DNA of 56,858 bases, the filler included, from Streblomastix strix (taxonomy: Eukaryota): the NCBI GenBank assembly GCA_008636045.1. It is 3 parts of 3 records of this genome, joined end to end, with 100 filler letters (N's around TTAATTAATTAA, not from the genome) between each part and the next. Parts side by side here need not be neighbours in the genome. Positions count along the whole stretch, not along the records: positions 18,991 to 37,877 come from SNRW01000563.1; positions 37,978 to 56,858 come from SNRW01000564.1; 1 more part is not named here. The stretch is one strand, 5' to 3'. Positions 35,547-49,443 of the stretch are shown here, piece after piece (position 1 is the first letter of the stretch; each line of letters starts with the position of its first letter). The notes beneath the pieces were generated by a model. The model searched no databases. It was not told the DNA's origin and was given only the letters and a program-made list of their open reading frames with translations. The position numbers and the translations under genes were made by a program.

Positions 35547-37877
35547 TCATGTTTCAGATCTTGATGACCATCTTCCTCTTCTTCTTTATGATCCTTTCAC
35601 TTGACTAATATCAGAAATAGAACTTTATACAGTTCCTTTTTCAGGCTAAATTCCCGATATTCTTGCTATATCGGAAAGGATTGTCTATCTTTCAAAGTCG
35701 TCTTCGAACAGTACTTTAACTAGTTGAACTAATTGTTAGTTTTCCAAATATTTAATTTCTTTCCTTTTCAGTTCTTCTAAAATGTCCTTTTTTGTAGTAA
35801 AAATAATTAATGAGATAATATATATATAAACTAATATTAATTTCAAACTTCAAGACCGAGATTTCTGATTATCATCACTTCACGAAGTTGGCAGAAAGGT
35901 TAACATAACTTGGAACAGAAAATAAATGTTTAAAGAAAAATAATATATATCTTAAATTTATCGATATTTGGTTATTAATTTATTTCTATTCTTTATTATC
36001 AAACTTCTTCCTTATCTTTCGGTATCACATTTGAACTAACAATTGTTCTAATCACATTTGCACATGTTTTAATGTTCAAATCAGAAAGTGGAGGATTGTT
36101 TAATATGAACTGTAATATGGATGAAAATAGAGTGTCACAACAAGGACAAACAACTTCTGAGAATAACAATGGAAGAGAAGGTAGGATTGTCTGTAAATAT
36201 TATGTAAATAATGAAGAAAGATAAAATAAATATTAATAGCAGAAGAAAATAAATAAAAATGAGATATATAATAATCAATAAAATATCAAATATCAATATT
36301 TTAAACTTTCCAATCATCTCTGAAATGAATAATTACTTATGATGCAGTTTCATATAATGCTCTTCGTTCTGATAAATATTAATTTCAACAAAAATAAATA
36401 ATAAAAATAACCAAGATGAAAACAATACCATCTCTTTTCGCTTTTATTTTTTTAGCAGACATTTAAGTCTGATGTTTTTCTTCTGTAAGTTTCTTTATTC
36501 GATCAACAGCAGCTGATCGAGCAGTACCAATCTGGAATTAATATAACAAAGGAATTGCAAATTAGTTTAATATCTATTATTGTCAAACCATTAAAAGTGC
36601 TTCCCTTTCATAATTACGAATGGTTCCTTAGAATAATTGTTTCAGCTTGAGATTTGAATAGTCGTATATCTTTCCAATTTATTATTGTTGACTCGTAATA
36701 TTCTATTGGCTCAAAGTAGCCAATTATAAAGTAGGCATTTCCAATTGTGAGTAAGATCTTTGATTAGATTAAGGATATTATTGATCCTATAAATAAGAAA
36801 GAGGAAGAAGCTGAATCAAAGATGGAGAAGATGGGCTCATTTATGGAGATGGAATAATTGAGAATTATGGAGATGGCAATGATGGGAGAGAAGGGAATGA
36901 ATAGAAGGAGGATTATTGGTCTTGAAATGGACTATAAGATAATATGGGTGATTATGATGATTGGTTGGATGATGATTTTTTTATCCTAAATAAAAATGGT
37001 TTAAGTAAAATAAAAAATCAGAAACAAAATAATCTAACATTCTTTTTAGTGCCCATGCAATTGAGTTCATGTTATTTCCTAATATTAGAGGTTTCTTTAA
37101 GTCATTTCCTTTTGCAAATTATGAACGAGCCTAATGAATTGAATAATAAATAAAAATTTAAACATAGACATTTTGTGAAATACTGTTAATATTTAATAAA
37201 ATAAACATTATTCGTTAATATTTACATACAATCTTCATATTTTCTCTGTAAATAACTAATAAATTAGTAGCACAAGAGCATAATTATTTTGAACTGATAT
37301 AAAATGATTAGAGAAAATAATTAAATAATAAAAATAAAAATAAAAATAAAAATGTTAGCTTTCAGACCCCAATTAGAAAATAGCAGCTGATTCCACTAAG
37401 TCATAAATGCATTATATGAAGTCAAATGTAGATTTAGAAACAATGCATTTCTCCATTTCATTTCCAACTTCAGATTCAATTTATGTTTATAAAGATGAAG
37501 AAGATTCTTTGATGTTATTTGAATTGTTTTTACTTTATTTCATTTATTCAAGACCATCTTTCAATGCAATTGTTTCACTGTTACCTAAAATGAATAAAAA
37601 TAATAATAATAATTAATTCAATGATCTCATTTCAAATCAATTAATGTATTTAACCTTCAAGAGCTTAATATGCACAACTCTCAGCTTCATTAATTGATTG
37701 GAAAATATAATCTATTAGAGAATAAAATAATAATAATAAATATAACAATAAATTAATTAATACATAATACCTGAAACAAATCTCATAAAAACACTTGTTA
37801 TTAATCCCTCAAAAGAAATAAAAGGAGGAAGAGTTGTATGAGATGAATATTGCTTTAGTATTTATTATATTCTTATC
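35547..37877 (-). CDS. ZW10/Dsl1-like tethering/kinetochore protein, C-terminal part (5'-truncated, multi-exon)
   Basis: Spliced product KCIVSKSTFDFIQCIYDLVESA..QLCSCATNLLVIY..LILGNNMNSIAWAL...WKTILP...FCQLREVM..DILEEL..LVQLVKVLFEDDFERQTILSDI is colinear with ZW10 motifs CRISES..L..EA, NNCMYIAHHL, W..VLP and V..LIRALF....R...L..I. Stop TGA at 35547-49. Confidence 0.65.
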
Positions 37878-37977
37878 NNNNNNNNNNNNNNNNNNNNNNN
37901 NNNNNNNNNNNNNNNNNNNNNTTAATTAATTAANNNNNNNNNNNNNNNNNNNNNNNNNNNNNNNNNNNNNNNNNNNN
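37878..37977. other. Artificial contig linker
   Basis: 44 N + TTAATTAATTAA (37922-37933) + 44 N. Confidence 0.98.
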
Positions 37978-38500
37978 AGAGAAAGAAATGAAAAGAAATG
38001 CAAAAAAAATGAATAACAAAAGAAAAGAAAATCTAAAAAAAAAGAAATATTACGGATGATGACGATTTAATTGAATTAGAAGAATCAGATAATGATGATA
38101 TAAAATTCGAATCTGATGATTGCTCATTGTCAGGATATGACTCATTTGAGGAATTCTTAGGATGGAGCTAAATTGAAATTGATACAGATGAAGAAATAGA
38201 TAACGAAAATGAAAAAGTCGAAGAAAATGAATTATTAAAGAAAAAAAAGATAATGAGGATTAAAATATAAAAGATAAGCAAATATTCGAAAAAGCTTATA
38301 GAAATGAAACAGTTGTATATGGAAGAGAAAGAAGAGTTCAAAAAGAGAAATAAGTCAGATATCGCAAATATAATGCAAAAACAGCTGTAAAGAGGACTCG
38401 TATTGATGGAGATTATGTAATGGAAGAAGAAAACTCAGAATCAGAAAATTGATTGTATTAATGACTCGTTTGATATCAAGATCAATGTATGTAAAATCTG
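37978..38500 (+). pseudogene. Acidic/basic low-complexity 3' gene fragment, possibly a transposase tail
   Basis: ITDDDDLIELEESDNDDIKFESDDCSLSGYDSFEEFLGWSQIEIDTDEE..., with apparent frame changes. No domain recognised. Confidence 0.35.
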
Positions 38501-38718
38501 ATATTTCGTAGGTAAATAGAAAAATAGTAGTATTCTTCAATAAAAAATTAAAAAATAATTATTAATACAGTATATAATTATTTATTATTTCATTGAATAT
38601 CTGAAAATGTTTAAAATTACTAAATTTGAAATTAAATTCGATGATTTTCTTGAAAAATTGCTTGAACAATTTTTCAAAATAATTCGATTACAACTAAAAT
38701 AGTTATCTACAATCAGAT

Positions 38719-40314
38719 TAGTGCTGTTAAAATTCGTCAATTTCGTATATATTGCCCAATTTTCATGCGAGGAATCCGGCTAAATATTAAAAAATTAAAT
38801 AAAATAATTGATTGGCTTTTTATGATTGAGAAAACAAATTAGTATTGTTTGATTGTAAATTTATATATTAATAGTCATTTTAAATAAATTATTACTATTA
38901 AATTAGAATTATTTCGACAATTTATGAAGTTTATGGGTTTTTTAAAAAAAAAGAGAAAATGCTTTTGATTCATTTATGAAAAATTATTTAGTATGTTATA
39001 ATGGATAAATTTAGTTTATATTTGTACTATTCATTAAAGAAATATGAAAATATTTAAATTGGTTATGTGTACCAATAGTAAATTTCAAATTGACGGTTTC
39101 TTCACAATTTTTCCCAATAACGGTTCTGTCACTCCAATTAAGTTTTGATAGAACCATCAAATCATTAATTTCTTGCTAGCAATTAAATGTTAATTATGTT
39201 ATATTTTTAAAATATAAATATATTGATGATATTTATAAATTTAAATATAATACAATTATAAAATCTTACGGCTTCGATCAATTTGAAACAAAAGTGAAAA
39301 AAAGGGTAAATTTATTTTTCTTTCGAGAACGATATCAATTAATTCTAAAAAACTTTATTCATTGAGAATGTATACTTTTAAACATATATTTAAATTTTTG
39401 AATATAAATTATTGAACAAGTACAACAAAATTTGTGCGTTTCGTCACTCAATTAAATTGTGACGGAAGGTTTCCTCCGTTAAATATTAAAATTTGCAGGT
39501 TATAATTTACAAGTGCTATTTGATATTTATAACGCATCTAGTATTTTCTTTAAAATTAAATACATTTGAAAAGTCAATTCAACATGAAGATGGTAGATAT
39601 CAAAAATAATGAATTTGTGGATTCTTATTCTTAATCAAAATATTTCGTTTGTTATTATCAATTATTTGCACAATAAATACATTTTTATTAATAAATTAAA
39701 TATTCCAATAATAATTACTAAACCTGAACCAAACAACAAATATATTTTTAAAAAAAACTGATTTAATGACTCAATTACGTAATATTTCACCATAAATTTT
39801 ATATAAATTTATTCAAAATAATATTAAAATTTAATATCTTCAAAAGTTACCTATTGAAAATGTTTACATTTCTTAAAAATTCAAAAATTGTTATTTTATT
39901 TTCCAAACATAAAATTTGTCAAAATTCAATTGATTAATATTATTACATTTTTATGATTAATATATATTTCAATAAATTATATAAAATATTTTTACTTGAA
40001 TAACATATAAATCAACAATTACGTTACGTTTTAAAAATAAAATTTAATTTGTATTTAATAATTTTAATATATATAAAATATTATTTATTTTTTAAAAATT
40101 ATGAATTCAATCTATTATTTAAATTACATTTAAATATTGTAGGATGATAGCAGCTGTTAAATAAATGCTATTTAAAACAAATAGTTATATATGCATCAAT
40201 ACTTGCACATCTTAAAAGAGAATTGATTGAAAAGTATGATTCGTCAAAAATTAAAATATCTTAGACGACCTCGTCCGTCATTTGAAATAGGTTTGACGAA
40301 TTTTAACAACCCTA
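38719..40314. mobile_element. Non-autonomous hAT element, 1596 bp
   Basis: TIRs TAGTGCTGTTAAAATTCGTCAA (38719) and TTGACGAATTTTAACAACCCTA (ends 40314), 20/22 identical. Perfect 8-bp TSD AATCAGAT (38711-38718 and 40315-40322). GACG/CGTC subterminal motifs. No ORF inside. Confidence 0.92.
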
Positions 40315-41419
40315 AATCAGATATGTTAAAATCGGAAATAAAATCTAATTTTTTATTGCATTTAAATCTAAATAAAATTTTCTATTAGCTTGTATTTGTC
40401 TTTTTTATTTAATGATAAATAATGTTAAATGTATATCAAATTTTATTTAATTAAATCAAATTAAACTGTTTTTTATTAATATTATAATCAATTTCTCAGG
40501 AGTTACAAGAAAATAAGCTGTAATTACGAAACAGACTGCTACAGGATTTTATACACAATTTTTTCTGTTTTTAATGTAATTTTATTATTGAAACTTTATT
40601 TCTAACTAATTTTGACCACATTTAAATGATTTTATTCTTTCATTAAGGTTTAAACAATTTTTGATTTTTTTATTTATTTTGCAAATTTTGCATTATGTTG
40701 ATAACATAGTACTTTTTTAGAATTTATATTATATTATATTAATCATTTGCTTTTATTTGAACATTATTGAAGCATTCCGTTTATGCATTCGCGGTAAATA
40801 CAGATTTTTTTTATTTTGTTGCCTGCAATCGGGCAAGTTAATTTTAATTAATTTTTAAATAATTTTCTTATTTTACGTCATATTTACAAATAAATAAATT
40901 CATATATAACTAATTTTGAATTGAATTATTTATGAGAATTGCTTTTAAAATTTTTTTAAAATAAAAATTTCTCTTGCTAACATTCCCTAACTATTAATTG
41001 CTTTAAAAATTTCATTTTTATAATTAATTATGCACATACATGAGAATATTTCCATTTGAATTATATTTGCATCCTAACATACCATTAACATCAGATCTAA
41101 AAAATAAAAGCGAAATTTTGCCCCATCGAGATTAAATTTTTTATTTTCTTCTTCACAATCTAATTATTTTCGTGAAATATTTACAAATAATTTCAATTTA
41201 TTAAAACCCATTCAATAACTTTATAAAAGTACTGTACTAAGTAAAATTACTGCACTAACTTATTTGACCTAATTACAATTTATTCCCCTTTTTCTCCATA
41301 AAATAGTGAAATGAAAAAAAAAAATATCCTATATTATTATCAAAAAAAAATTCTATATTGTTTATTAAAATATTTTTCTTGTGTTAAGCGTGGTTGTCAT
41401 GTTCATTTTACTGCAAAAC

Positions 41420-42350
41420 CTATTAAATCTTTTCGTAAAAGTTCTTAAATTGTACTATTCCTTCAATATATTATGCATCTAATGCATCTTTTTGTTTTCT
41501 TTTCTCTTCTTCAATTATTCTTAATCTAATTTTATTAAGAAATATAAATCATTGAAAATGTTACTTTTCCAAGTTTTTTATCAGAATTTGTTTCTGTTCT
41601 CGGAGATTTGATTTAATCATCTTTCTTATCTTTCAACAGTTGAAGGAAAAGATCAATTTGTCTTTCTTTGTTCTTTGAAGGAAGAATCAGCATCAAAATT
41701 TGTATAATGAATTAATTGTGTTGATAGTTAAATGAATTAATAATATAATATATATATATAATTTCTATTTAAAATAAAAATTCAATTTTTATATTCAATT
41801 ATAATTAGCATAGCAAAATATATATCATATTGAATATATATTAAGCATACATCAATATTAACAGTTCCAATAATGTCATTCTTTCCAACTTTATTTTAAT
41901 CACAAACTTCAACTTTAACTTCTTTCTTACCTTGCATCTTCAGTGGATTATAAATCAGATCATATTCTTCATCCTAATAATCATAATAATGTGTAAATTT
42001 TAGATGTTACGGATTTCTATTCTTCATCACCAGCTTTGAAAGTAATTAAAGGATCGGAATTTCCAAAAGAATCCATCTTTTTCAGATTGCGAACAGATAT
42101 ATTCTTGAACTTAACAACACTTCATGTATCCGAGGTCTTCTTCTTCATATATCTATAATTAAAGTTAAATAATAAAATATAAGAATGAATTTAAATGGCT
42201 AATAAATAGAAAAAATATGAAATAAATTATAAAAGTAAATAAATTATTAAATTATCAATTAAAGCAAAAAGAATTAAAAACAAACAGGTTCTTCTTCTTC
42301 CAGCTCATCTTATTCAGAAGCGCCTTTGCTTTTATGTAATTATCGATAAG
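41420..42350 (-). pseudogene. C2-domain protein fragment (one C2 plus the start of a second)
   Basis: T*SVVKFKNISVRNLKKMDSFGNSDPLITFKAG...KEVKVEVCDQNKVGKNDIIGTVNID|ILPSKNKERQIDLFL..KLGKVTFSMIYI..YIEGIVQFKN. In-frame TGA at 42122-24, degraded splice sites and frameshifts. Confidence 0.78.
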
Positions 42351-44389
42351 CTATTATACTTCAGGATACACAAATAGAACTGCGATAAGCAGAATAATTA
42401 AAAAATAAAATTAAAAAAAAATATTGTTGTTTAAACATAAATATTTGTTGATTGCGATTGAATTTTTATTAATTCATAAGACATGTCACGATAAAACTAA
42501 TGAAAAGTTGAAAATTAGAAAATAATCGTTAAAGGAAAAAACTTGGTTAGAGCGAGATTAAGAATTGTATTAATATTATGTTATACTCAATTGTAATAGA
42601 ATTGTGAAATAATACCCATAAAGATATTATTTTGATAAAAATTAAATCAAAATACGAGTAAAAACAAGTAATTTTAAAAATTAAATTGATTGTCGATTAT
42701 ACGACTAAATTTGTGTATATAAGAATTAAAATGTATAATTTGGTAGAAATGATAGATTATTGGTTGAATTATATATTTTATAATCATAAGATTTCTAAGT
42801 AGAGATAAAAATAATCGGATGTATAAAAATTAACTTTTTAATTCTGAAAAAGTGCACAACTAGCAAAGAATTTATATCTGAATTAATATTTATTTGTAAA
42901 TCAAAACAGAATAAGCAAAAATAATAAGAAAGTATGTAATTATATCAATGTCACTTTCTAAAAATATTTATCGCGTTTCTCGCGCCAAGCGTAGTCATTT
43001 CTTTGTATATTTTGATGAAAGGATCCTAAATATTCATGAAAAAATATTTAGATATTCAACATGTTTTAGGATTTCAAACGTCGATTTCTGTGTTGGTTTT
43101 TCTCAGTTCTTATGGCAAAATTTTAAATCTGTCAATTATTATATATATAATAATTAAAAAATGAAATTTCATAAATATATTTCAATTATATACAGTTCAT
43201 ACTCGAGTAATCAACAGATGATGTTTCTTATCTCATGATGTATACCTTGCAAACGCCGAATATTTGAGAAATACTTTAAAAATTCTTTTATCTTCACGAG
43301 AAATGTGACCATCAGTTTGTTTTGGATCTAAAATCAAATATAAGTATGCAAAAAATCAAAAATTTTAAAATAAATGACAAATGAAAGATTGAATAAAAAA
43401 ATATTAAGAGAATAAAAAAAAATATCGATTGAAAGTAAATAACATATTAATAACTACAAAGTATGGAAAATGTTAAAATTAAGAAAATATTAAGATTGCA
43501 GAGTTCATATACTTAAACTGTGGAAATAATTTTAAATTTAATTAATAAGTTATAAAAATCATTGATAATGTATTGTATGTTAGAATATGTAAAATTGGAG
43601 TTGGCCCAATAATTTAGCTTAAACATAACATGTTGAAGAAATGAATATTATTAATAATAAAATTATTAAATTGAGTCATAAGGAAAATGTAATTTAAGTG
43701 CTCTTGCTACATGTGGATATATAGAATATTTTGTCATACAAATTATAATGAAGGTGTTCATATTAGTCATTTATGTGAATGTCATACCTTAATAACCGAT
43801 ACATCAGCAGAACAATTAGACTCCACAGAAAGTGCAATTTTCAAAACCGTTTAAAAAATTAAATTGTGAAATTTCTTGTTTTACTGTTATAAATCTATAT
43901 TTATTATTTAATAAAAATATTTAATAATTTATTTTGAAAATTTGAACAAAAATTTTTTTTTAAAATATTTTTAGAAAAATCAAAGAAAAAAAAATACTAA
44001 AAAATATTTTTTTTATTTTGTTATTAAAATTCATAGCAGATTAATGAATTATTAATTCAATGAGTTGCAAATTTTTGAATAAATTTTACGTATTGAATAA
44101 GAAAACTAATTAATATACTAATTATTAAATATTTAATTAAAATAATTATTTTTAAAAGAAAATTTATTAATAACTTATCTGCAAAAAAAATAAATAAAGT
44201 TTAGGATAGCATTTTATAATGAGTGATAAACATTTATTAACTTTATCTGACAAAAATATATTAATATTAATATTTTAATTTTAAAAATAATTATTTAAAT
44301 AAATTTTAATCATTAAATTTTATACTTTTATTGAAAAAGTTTTTATAACGGTTAATTAAACTTATTAAACTCAATTGCATTATTATAAT

Positions 44390-45040
44390 ATTTTAATGTT
44401 TAGAATATTGTACGTGTCATTATAACTCATTTAGTATCAAAATTCAATAGACTTTTCAAATATTGTAAAAATTAATTAAAACAATTAAATTATATTTTTT
44501 TGAAAAATTTTAATTAAATTAATTATTAGTCAATATTGCAAGAGTTATAACGTCAGTTAATAAACAATAAATATTGTTGATTGTTGATGTTTGTGAAGAA
44601 TCATAAGTCAATATTAACTATTTATAACAAAATTTGAATAAATATTATAGTTTCATAATCTTGGAACCAATTTATTAAAATTTTTAATCAAAAAAATTAA
44701 TAATTATCTTTAAAAATTTAAATATTTATTGGAATTATTTATATAGAATCGAATTCTATAATTATAGTACTTTAATGTTATGAATATAATGCGAGTCATT
44801 ACAACTCATTTTCTTATAATTGCCACTATATCTTTCACACATCATAAAAATTTATCAAAACAATTAAATTGTATTTTTTATTGAAAATTTAAATTAAAAT
44901 ATTTATGATTCAAAATTGCTCGTGTTATGATTTTAGTTAATAAATAATGGATAATGTTGAATATTTGTGAGTTTAAAAAAAACATGAGCAAATTTTTACT
45001 ATATATATGAAAATTATAATAATTTATCTACATTCAAGAT
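44390..45040. repeat. Diverged tandem duplication, period about 379 bp
   Basis: TTTAATGTTTAGAATATTGTACGTGTCATTATAACTCATTT (44392) vs TTTAATGTTATGAATATAATGCGAGTCATTACAACTCATTT (44771). AAAACAATTAAATT and AGTTAATAAA also recur at similar spacing. Confidence 0.7.
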
Positions 45041-46151
45041 TTAGAGATTAATACAATAAAATCAAAATGAATTATTTTTTTTAACTTACTTTGAATTTAA
45101 AAAATTTGTTTATGATTTTTTTTTATTTAGAGCATATTATAAAAATGTTTTTTATTGAAAAAATTGATTATATATGTTTTGAATACATAAAAATTTTGAT
45201 TTGTCCGAAATAAAAATGATTGAAAAATTATAATTATTAAAATTAATTATTAATATATTATTTAATTTACTAATTTCGAAAATGAAAAAATATTAAAAAA
45301 TTATATTATTTCAAAAGATTTTTAATTAAATTTGTAAATATAAAAAGACACAGTACAAATTTATATAAAAATATTAAAAATAGGTAGCAAGATTTGAGTT
45401 TACAGTTTTTAGTTTTTAGGCAAAAATTCATTCTTTATAAAAAATAACAAAATTAGAGTTAAACTCTGAAATTTTTGAAATAATAAAAACAATTATCAAG
45501 GTTTTTTGTTTAGTATTAAAAGAAACAATTAGGTTATTAACTCGAATTTTAATTTGAAATATATGAGAATTAATGATGCTAATGCAAAAATTTTGGAAAA
45601 TAAATTAATTTCTAATATATAATTTTTTGCAATTATTTATAAATTTTAATAAGTTTATATCAAAAATCGAAAAAACTAATAACAATCATAAAAACTTTAA
45701 TAAACATTAGACATTAAATTATAATTTTATTTAAATTTAGCTGAATATATTTAAACGTCTAAAGGATATTTTTTAAATAATAAATATTAACATAGCTTAT
45801 TCAAGATGAATGCAAATTTATTATGTCATTTAGAATTTTACTGAATTAAAAATAAATATAAATTATTTTAATTCAGTTTAACATAAATTAAATTTTTTTG
45901 TTTAATTGCAACTAAAAACATTCTTATATTCCATGATAGAATGATGCAATTAGAATAAGTAGAGTTTCATGGGAGTTAAAAAGATTTTATATAATTTATC
46001 TATTGAAGTGATTATAGTTCATATTTAGTTCAGTCCAGTTTATGATTTTTTTTGCATTTACCAGTTTTTTCTTTTAATTTATAAATATTCTATCAAACAA
46101 TATTTACTGCTAAAATTTGACAGTTCATTTTTAACATTTCATAATTTTACA

Positions 46152-47839
46152 CAAAATTACATTTTAGGTCCAGATACTGTTTTAGGGCCGGACACCCATA
46201 CTGTCTTGAAATTAGGGAGGTTAAATCCAGTTTTCGATAAAAGAAAGGTTTAAAAAAATTTTTTTAATATCATTAAATTCATTCGTAGTAAAATTTATTA
46301 AATGCAAAATGAATGAAAAATGTATTTTCTTGAATGGATAATAAAATTTTTTACAATTTTTACTCAAATCTCTTTAAAATAGTTCAGCCATTCTAGCGTT
46401 GTAATCAGCTTCATCAATTATAGCTATATATCCCTTAAAACAGTACAGAAACAATTGCTGCTTTTTTGAAGCCCGCACGATTTATGGAAGGAGTGGCGGC
46501 TGCTTTTGTTGCAGCAACTAGCCTTGATACAGTTTGCACATCGGTTTTTGATTCACTTGCATTATAAGCTTATCTTAATTCTTATTTTAAATAAGAAAAT
46601 ATAAGTAAATTTTCAACCTGTAATGCATGACTGTTGTCCGATTGAATAAATATCGGTCGTATGCGTGCTTCTGCCATTAATTATAATGCTTCTTCATTTT
46701 TTGTACCTTTAGATTGCCCATTAAGAGTATTGTCTCTTCATTGATTCCAAGCTTCTCAGATCTAAGAAAATCAACATATGGAATGAGAACGTCGATTATC
46801 CACGCTCTGAAGATAGGCTTATTAACATATACTTTGGGGCCATGAACAATAACCAAATCTTCGTTGAAACGAACATTTGTAGTATGTACTTCTGCATCCA
46901 AAGTGACTCGCTTAGTAACAACGTGAGGAGGCATCGTGACGTCGCATAAAGTAATTCCTTGCATCTCAGTATGCATATTTGCCTTTCTTTTAACTTAAAA
47001 ATAATTACCCATTTACCGCTCCTGCTTTAACTAACATAAGTTGAGGTTCAACATCCGACCAATACTATGAACCTAACTCATATATGGCAATTATTGCGCA
47101 TGTTTGCTTATCTTAAATATGAACAAACTAGATCCTCTTGATAACGTTCATAATCTTATAAATTTTACTTCCTTGCGACCTTATTCCCGTGGGTTACACA
47201 ACTTTTCAATGACATCATCGTAGTGACGACGGAGAAAACTCTCTACGAAAGTTTTACTAATTTACACATGAAATTCTTCCATAATAAATGCAATGAATGA
47301 AGAATGCGCATAAGGTTTGCTCAAATAAAATTATTCATATAATATCGCAATCATTATACCTTCCTCAGGGTCAGTAAAACGTCTTCGATTGTGTTCATCT
47401 CGTTTTACTTTCCATTTTTGACCCATTAGCTCACATAATCGAGATTTCTTTAGCATAAAGAGCTCCTCAAGCGTTCGATACGAAAATGTTATATCGTGAC
47501 ATGCCTTTATTTCGTCGAATAAAGCCAAAGCTTGTTCTTTGAAAGAGAACAGCGGTTTTGCGCCGATACGCATTAGAATTCGAACAAATACTTGATCAAT
47601 ATATATCTTAGTCAGTTTTTATTTAATGTACTCAACTATTAACATTTCACATTCCGAATTCAAAGAAATTAACTGAATTTTAGCATGCAAAAAATTTTAA
47701 GAATTGATTTAAATTTAAATATAATATAATTATATGTTTAAAAATATTATTTGTATTATTTGTATTATTTGTATTATCTTTTATTTTTATGCCAACTGTC
47801 TGGTTCTAAAACGGTGTCCGTGCATAAAATGCGTATCTG
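46152..47839. mobile_element. Decayed pogo/CENP-B-type (DDE_1) Tc1/mariner element, ~1.69 kb
   Basis: Degenerate ~45-bp TIRs: CAAAATTACATTTTAGGTCCAGATACTGTTTTAGGGCCGGACA versus the right-end reverse complement CAGATACGCATTTTATGCACGGACACCGTTTTAGAACCAGACA. TA on the right flank (47840-41). Encloses a transposase remnant. Confidence 0.72.
46365..47573 (-). pseudogene. pogo-like DDE_1 transposase pseudogene
   Basis: HTH-like N-terminus (..SKTFVESFLRRH), then YVNKPIFRAWIIDVLIPYV..TILLMGN, IRPIFIQSDNSHALQVENLLIFSYLK and AATPSINRAGFKKA. The catalytic Asp positions are degenerate (IYELG, LMGN, QVEN), with frameshifts and stops. Confidence 0.82.
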
Positions 47840-48603
47840 TAAAAAGATTATTTACAATTGAACCAACCGTGGTAATTGAGCAAGAAAGAGTAGAAATAAT
47901 AGAAATTTTGTATAATAAGTTTAATTTTACGTAGAATAAAATGCAAATAATCTATTTGAAAAGAGTATAAAAGCTGAAATTAAATTTTTCTTATATATTA
48001 TTTCATTGAATATAAAACATTTAAAATAAGAATTTTTATATTAAAAACAAATGATTCTTATAATTTGTAAATAAATATTATTACTTAGATATATCTATGT
48101 TTAGTATCAAAAATTCTTTTTTTGAAAATAAATGTATTGCTTTTCCTGCTCACCCTGTAATAAAATTATTTCACCTCTTATTATTTCTATTATTTCTTGT
48201 TTTTGCGCGCAATTTCTACAATTTATTTTAATTTTTCAATTTCTCTTGAGATTTTAATTACATTATTTTTAAAAAATCATTCTGCTGAATTTAAACTATT
48301 TTTTCTATTTAAAAGCATTATATTTTCTAAATATTCTTTATAAACAACTATATTTTTTAATTATTTTGCAATTTTATTTAGATTAATCTCTTAAATGCTC
48401 CTTTTTTTCATTGAAATTTTCTTTTAAAAAATTTGTAAATTCTCCTTCAAAACAAATTTATTTTTATTTATTATTATTTATTTTATAATAAATATAACTC
48501 TCTAACATTTTTATTAACTTTTATATATTTTTTACTGTTAGATTCATCCATCTATAATCCAATTTATTTATTAACTTTGCTTTCTCCTATATCTTCAGTT
48601 GAA

Positions 48604-49263
48604 ATGGAAAAATCTACTTTTCGTTCCGATTAAACTGCATAATCTATCGCGATGGCTTGCTCAGATGTGGCTGTTTGAATATTTCATATTTCCATCCTTA
48701 TTTTCTCATTTTATTAATATTCAGACAATTATTCCTCGTTTGATTCAAGACCTCGAATCAGACAAAATTAATCTGCATGTTCCTGCCCTGAGACAACTGT
48801 TAGAAGTTATTTTAGATAGTATTCTTCATTTTATTATAATTTTTATTCATTTACTTTTCTAATCACTCAAGATTGTGAAAACAAAAATTTTGCGTCAATG
48901 TTCAAATTGATACCTTTGCTGAACAAATTCTCTGGAAACATTGAAAAGAATGAAGAATATGTTTGAATTTATTTTTTTCATTAAATTTTATTTTGATAAT
49001 TTACATTTTGTTTATATTTCAGGTTTTGAGTACAGCAATCTTACATCTGATTAGAGTTCGAAATGTAACTGATGACAAAATTATTCATGATGGAGATGCA
49101 ACTGAATTAAAAGAGAAAGATAAAAAGATTTTATAATTAGAATAATCAAACAGACATTTAGAAGAATAGAACTGAAATTAAGAAGCAGAAATAAAGAAAC
49201 TGAAAGAAGAACAAGAAAAAGTGAAATAAGAAATCGAGAAAATCAAACTTGAATATCCTTAAG
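48604..49263 (+). pseudogene. ARM-like plus coiled-coil N-terminal module, 4 exons, interrupted at the (AT)n tract
   Basis: MEKSTFRSDQTAQSIAMACSDVA|TIIPRLIQDLESDKINLHVPALRQLLEVILD|NCENKN..EEY|VLSTAILHLI..EEQN*NQEAEIKKLKEE..LEYPQ. In-frame TGA at 49173-75. The expected donor at 49264 reads GA. Confidence 0.6.
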
Positions 49264-49264
49264 G

Positions 49265-49371
<107 letters not shown>

Positions 49372-49443
49372 TTATAATTTAATTTTAATATTTTATTTAA
49401 TATATATATTTTCAATTGTTGCACATTACTTATTATACATAAT

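Noticed and set aside
42960..43330. Coding-like minus-strand fragment (PKQTDGHISRED...)
   Set aside because: It is short, interrupted by stops and not assignable to any family.
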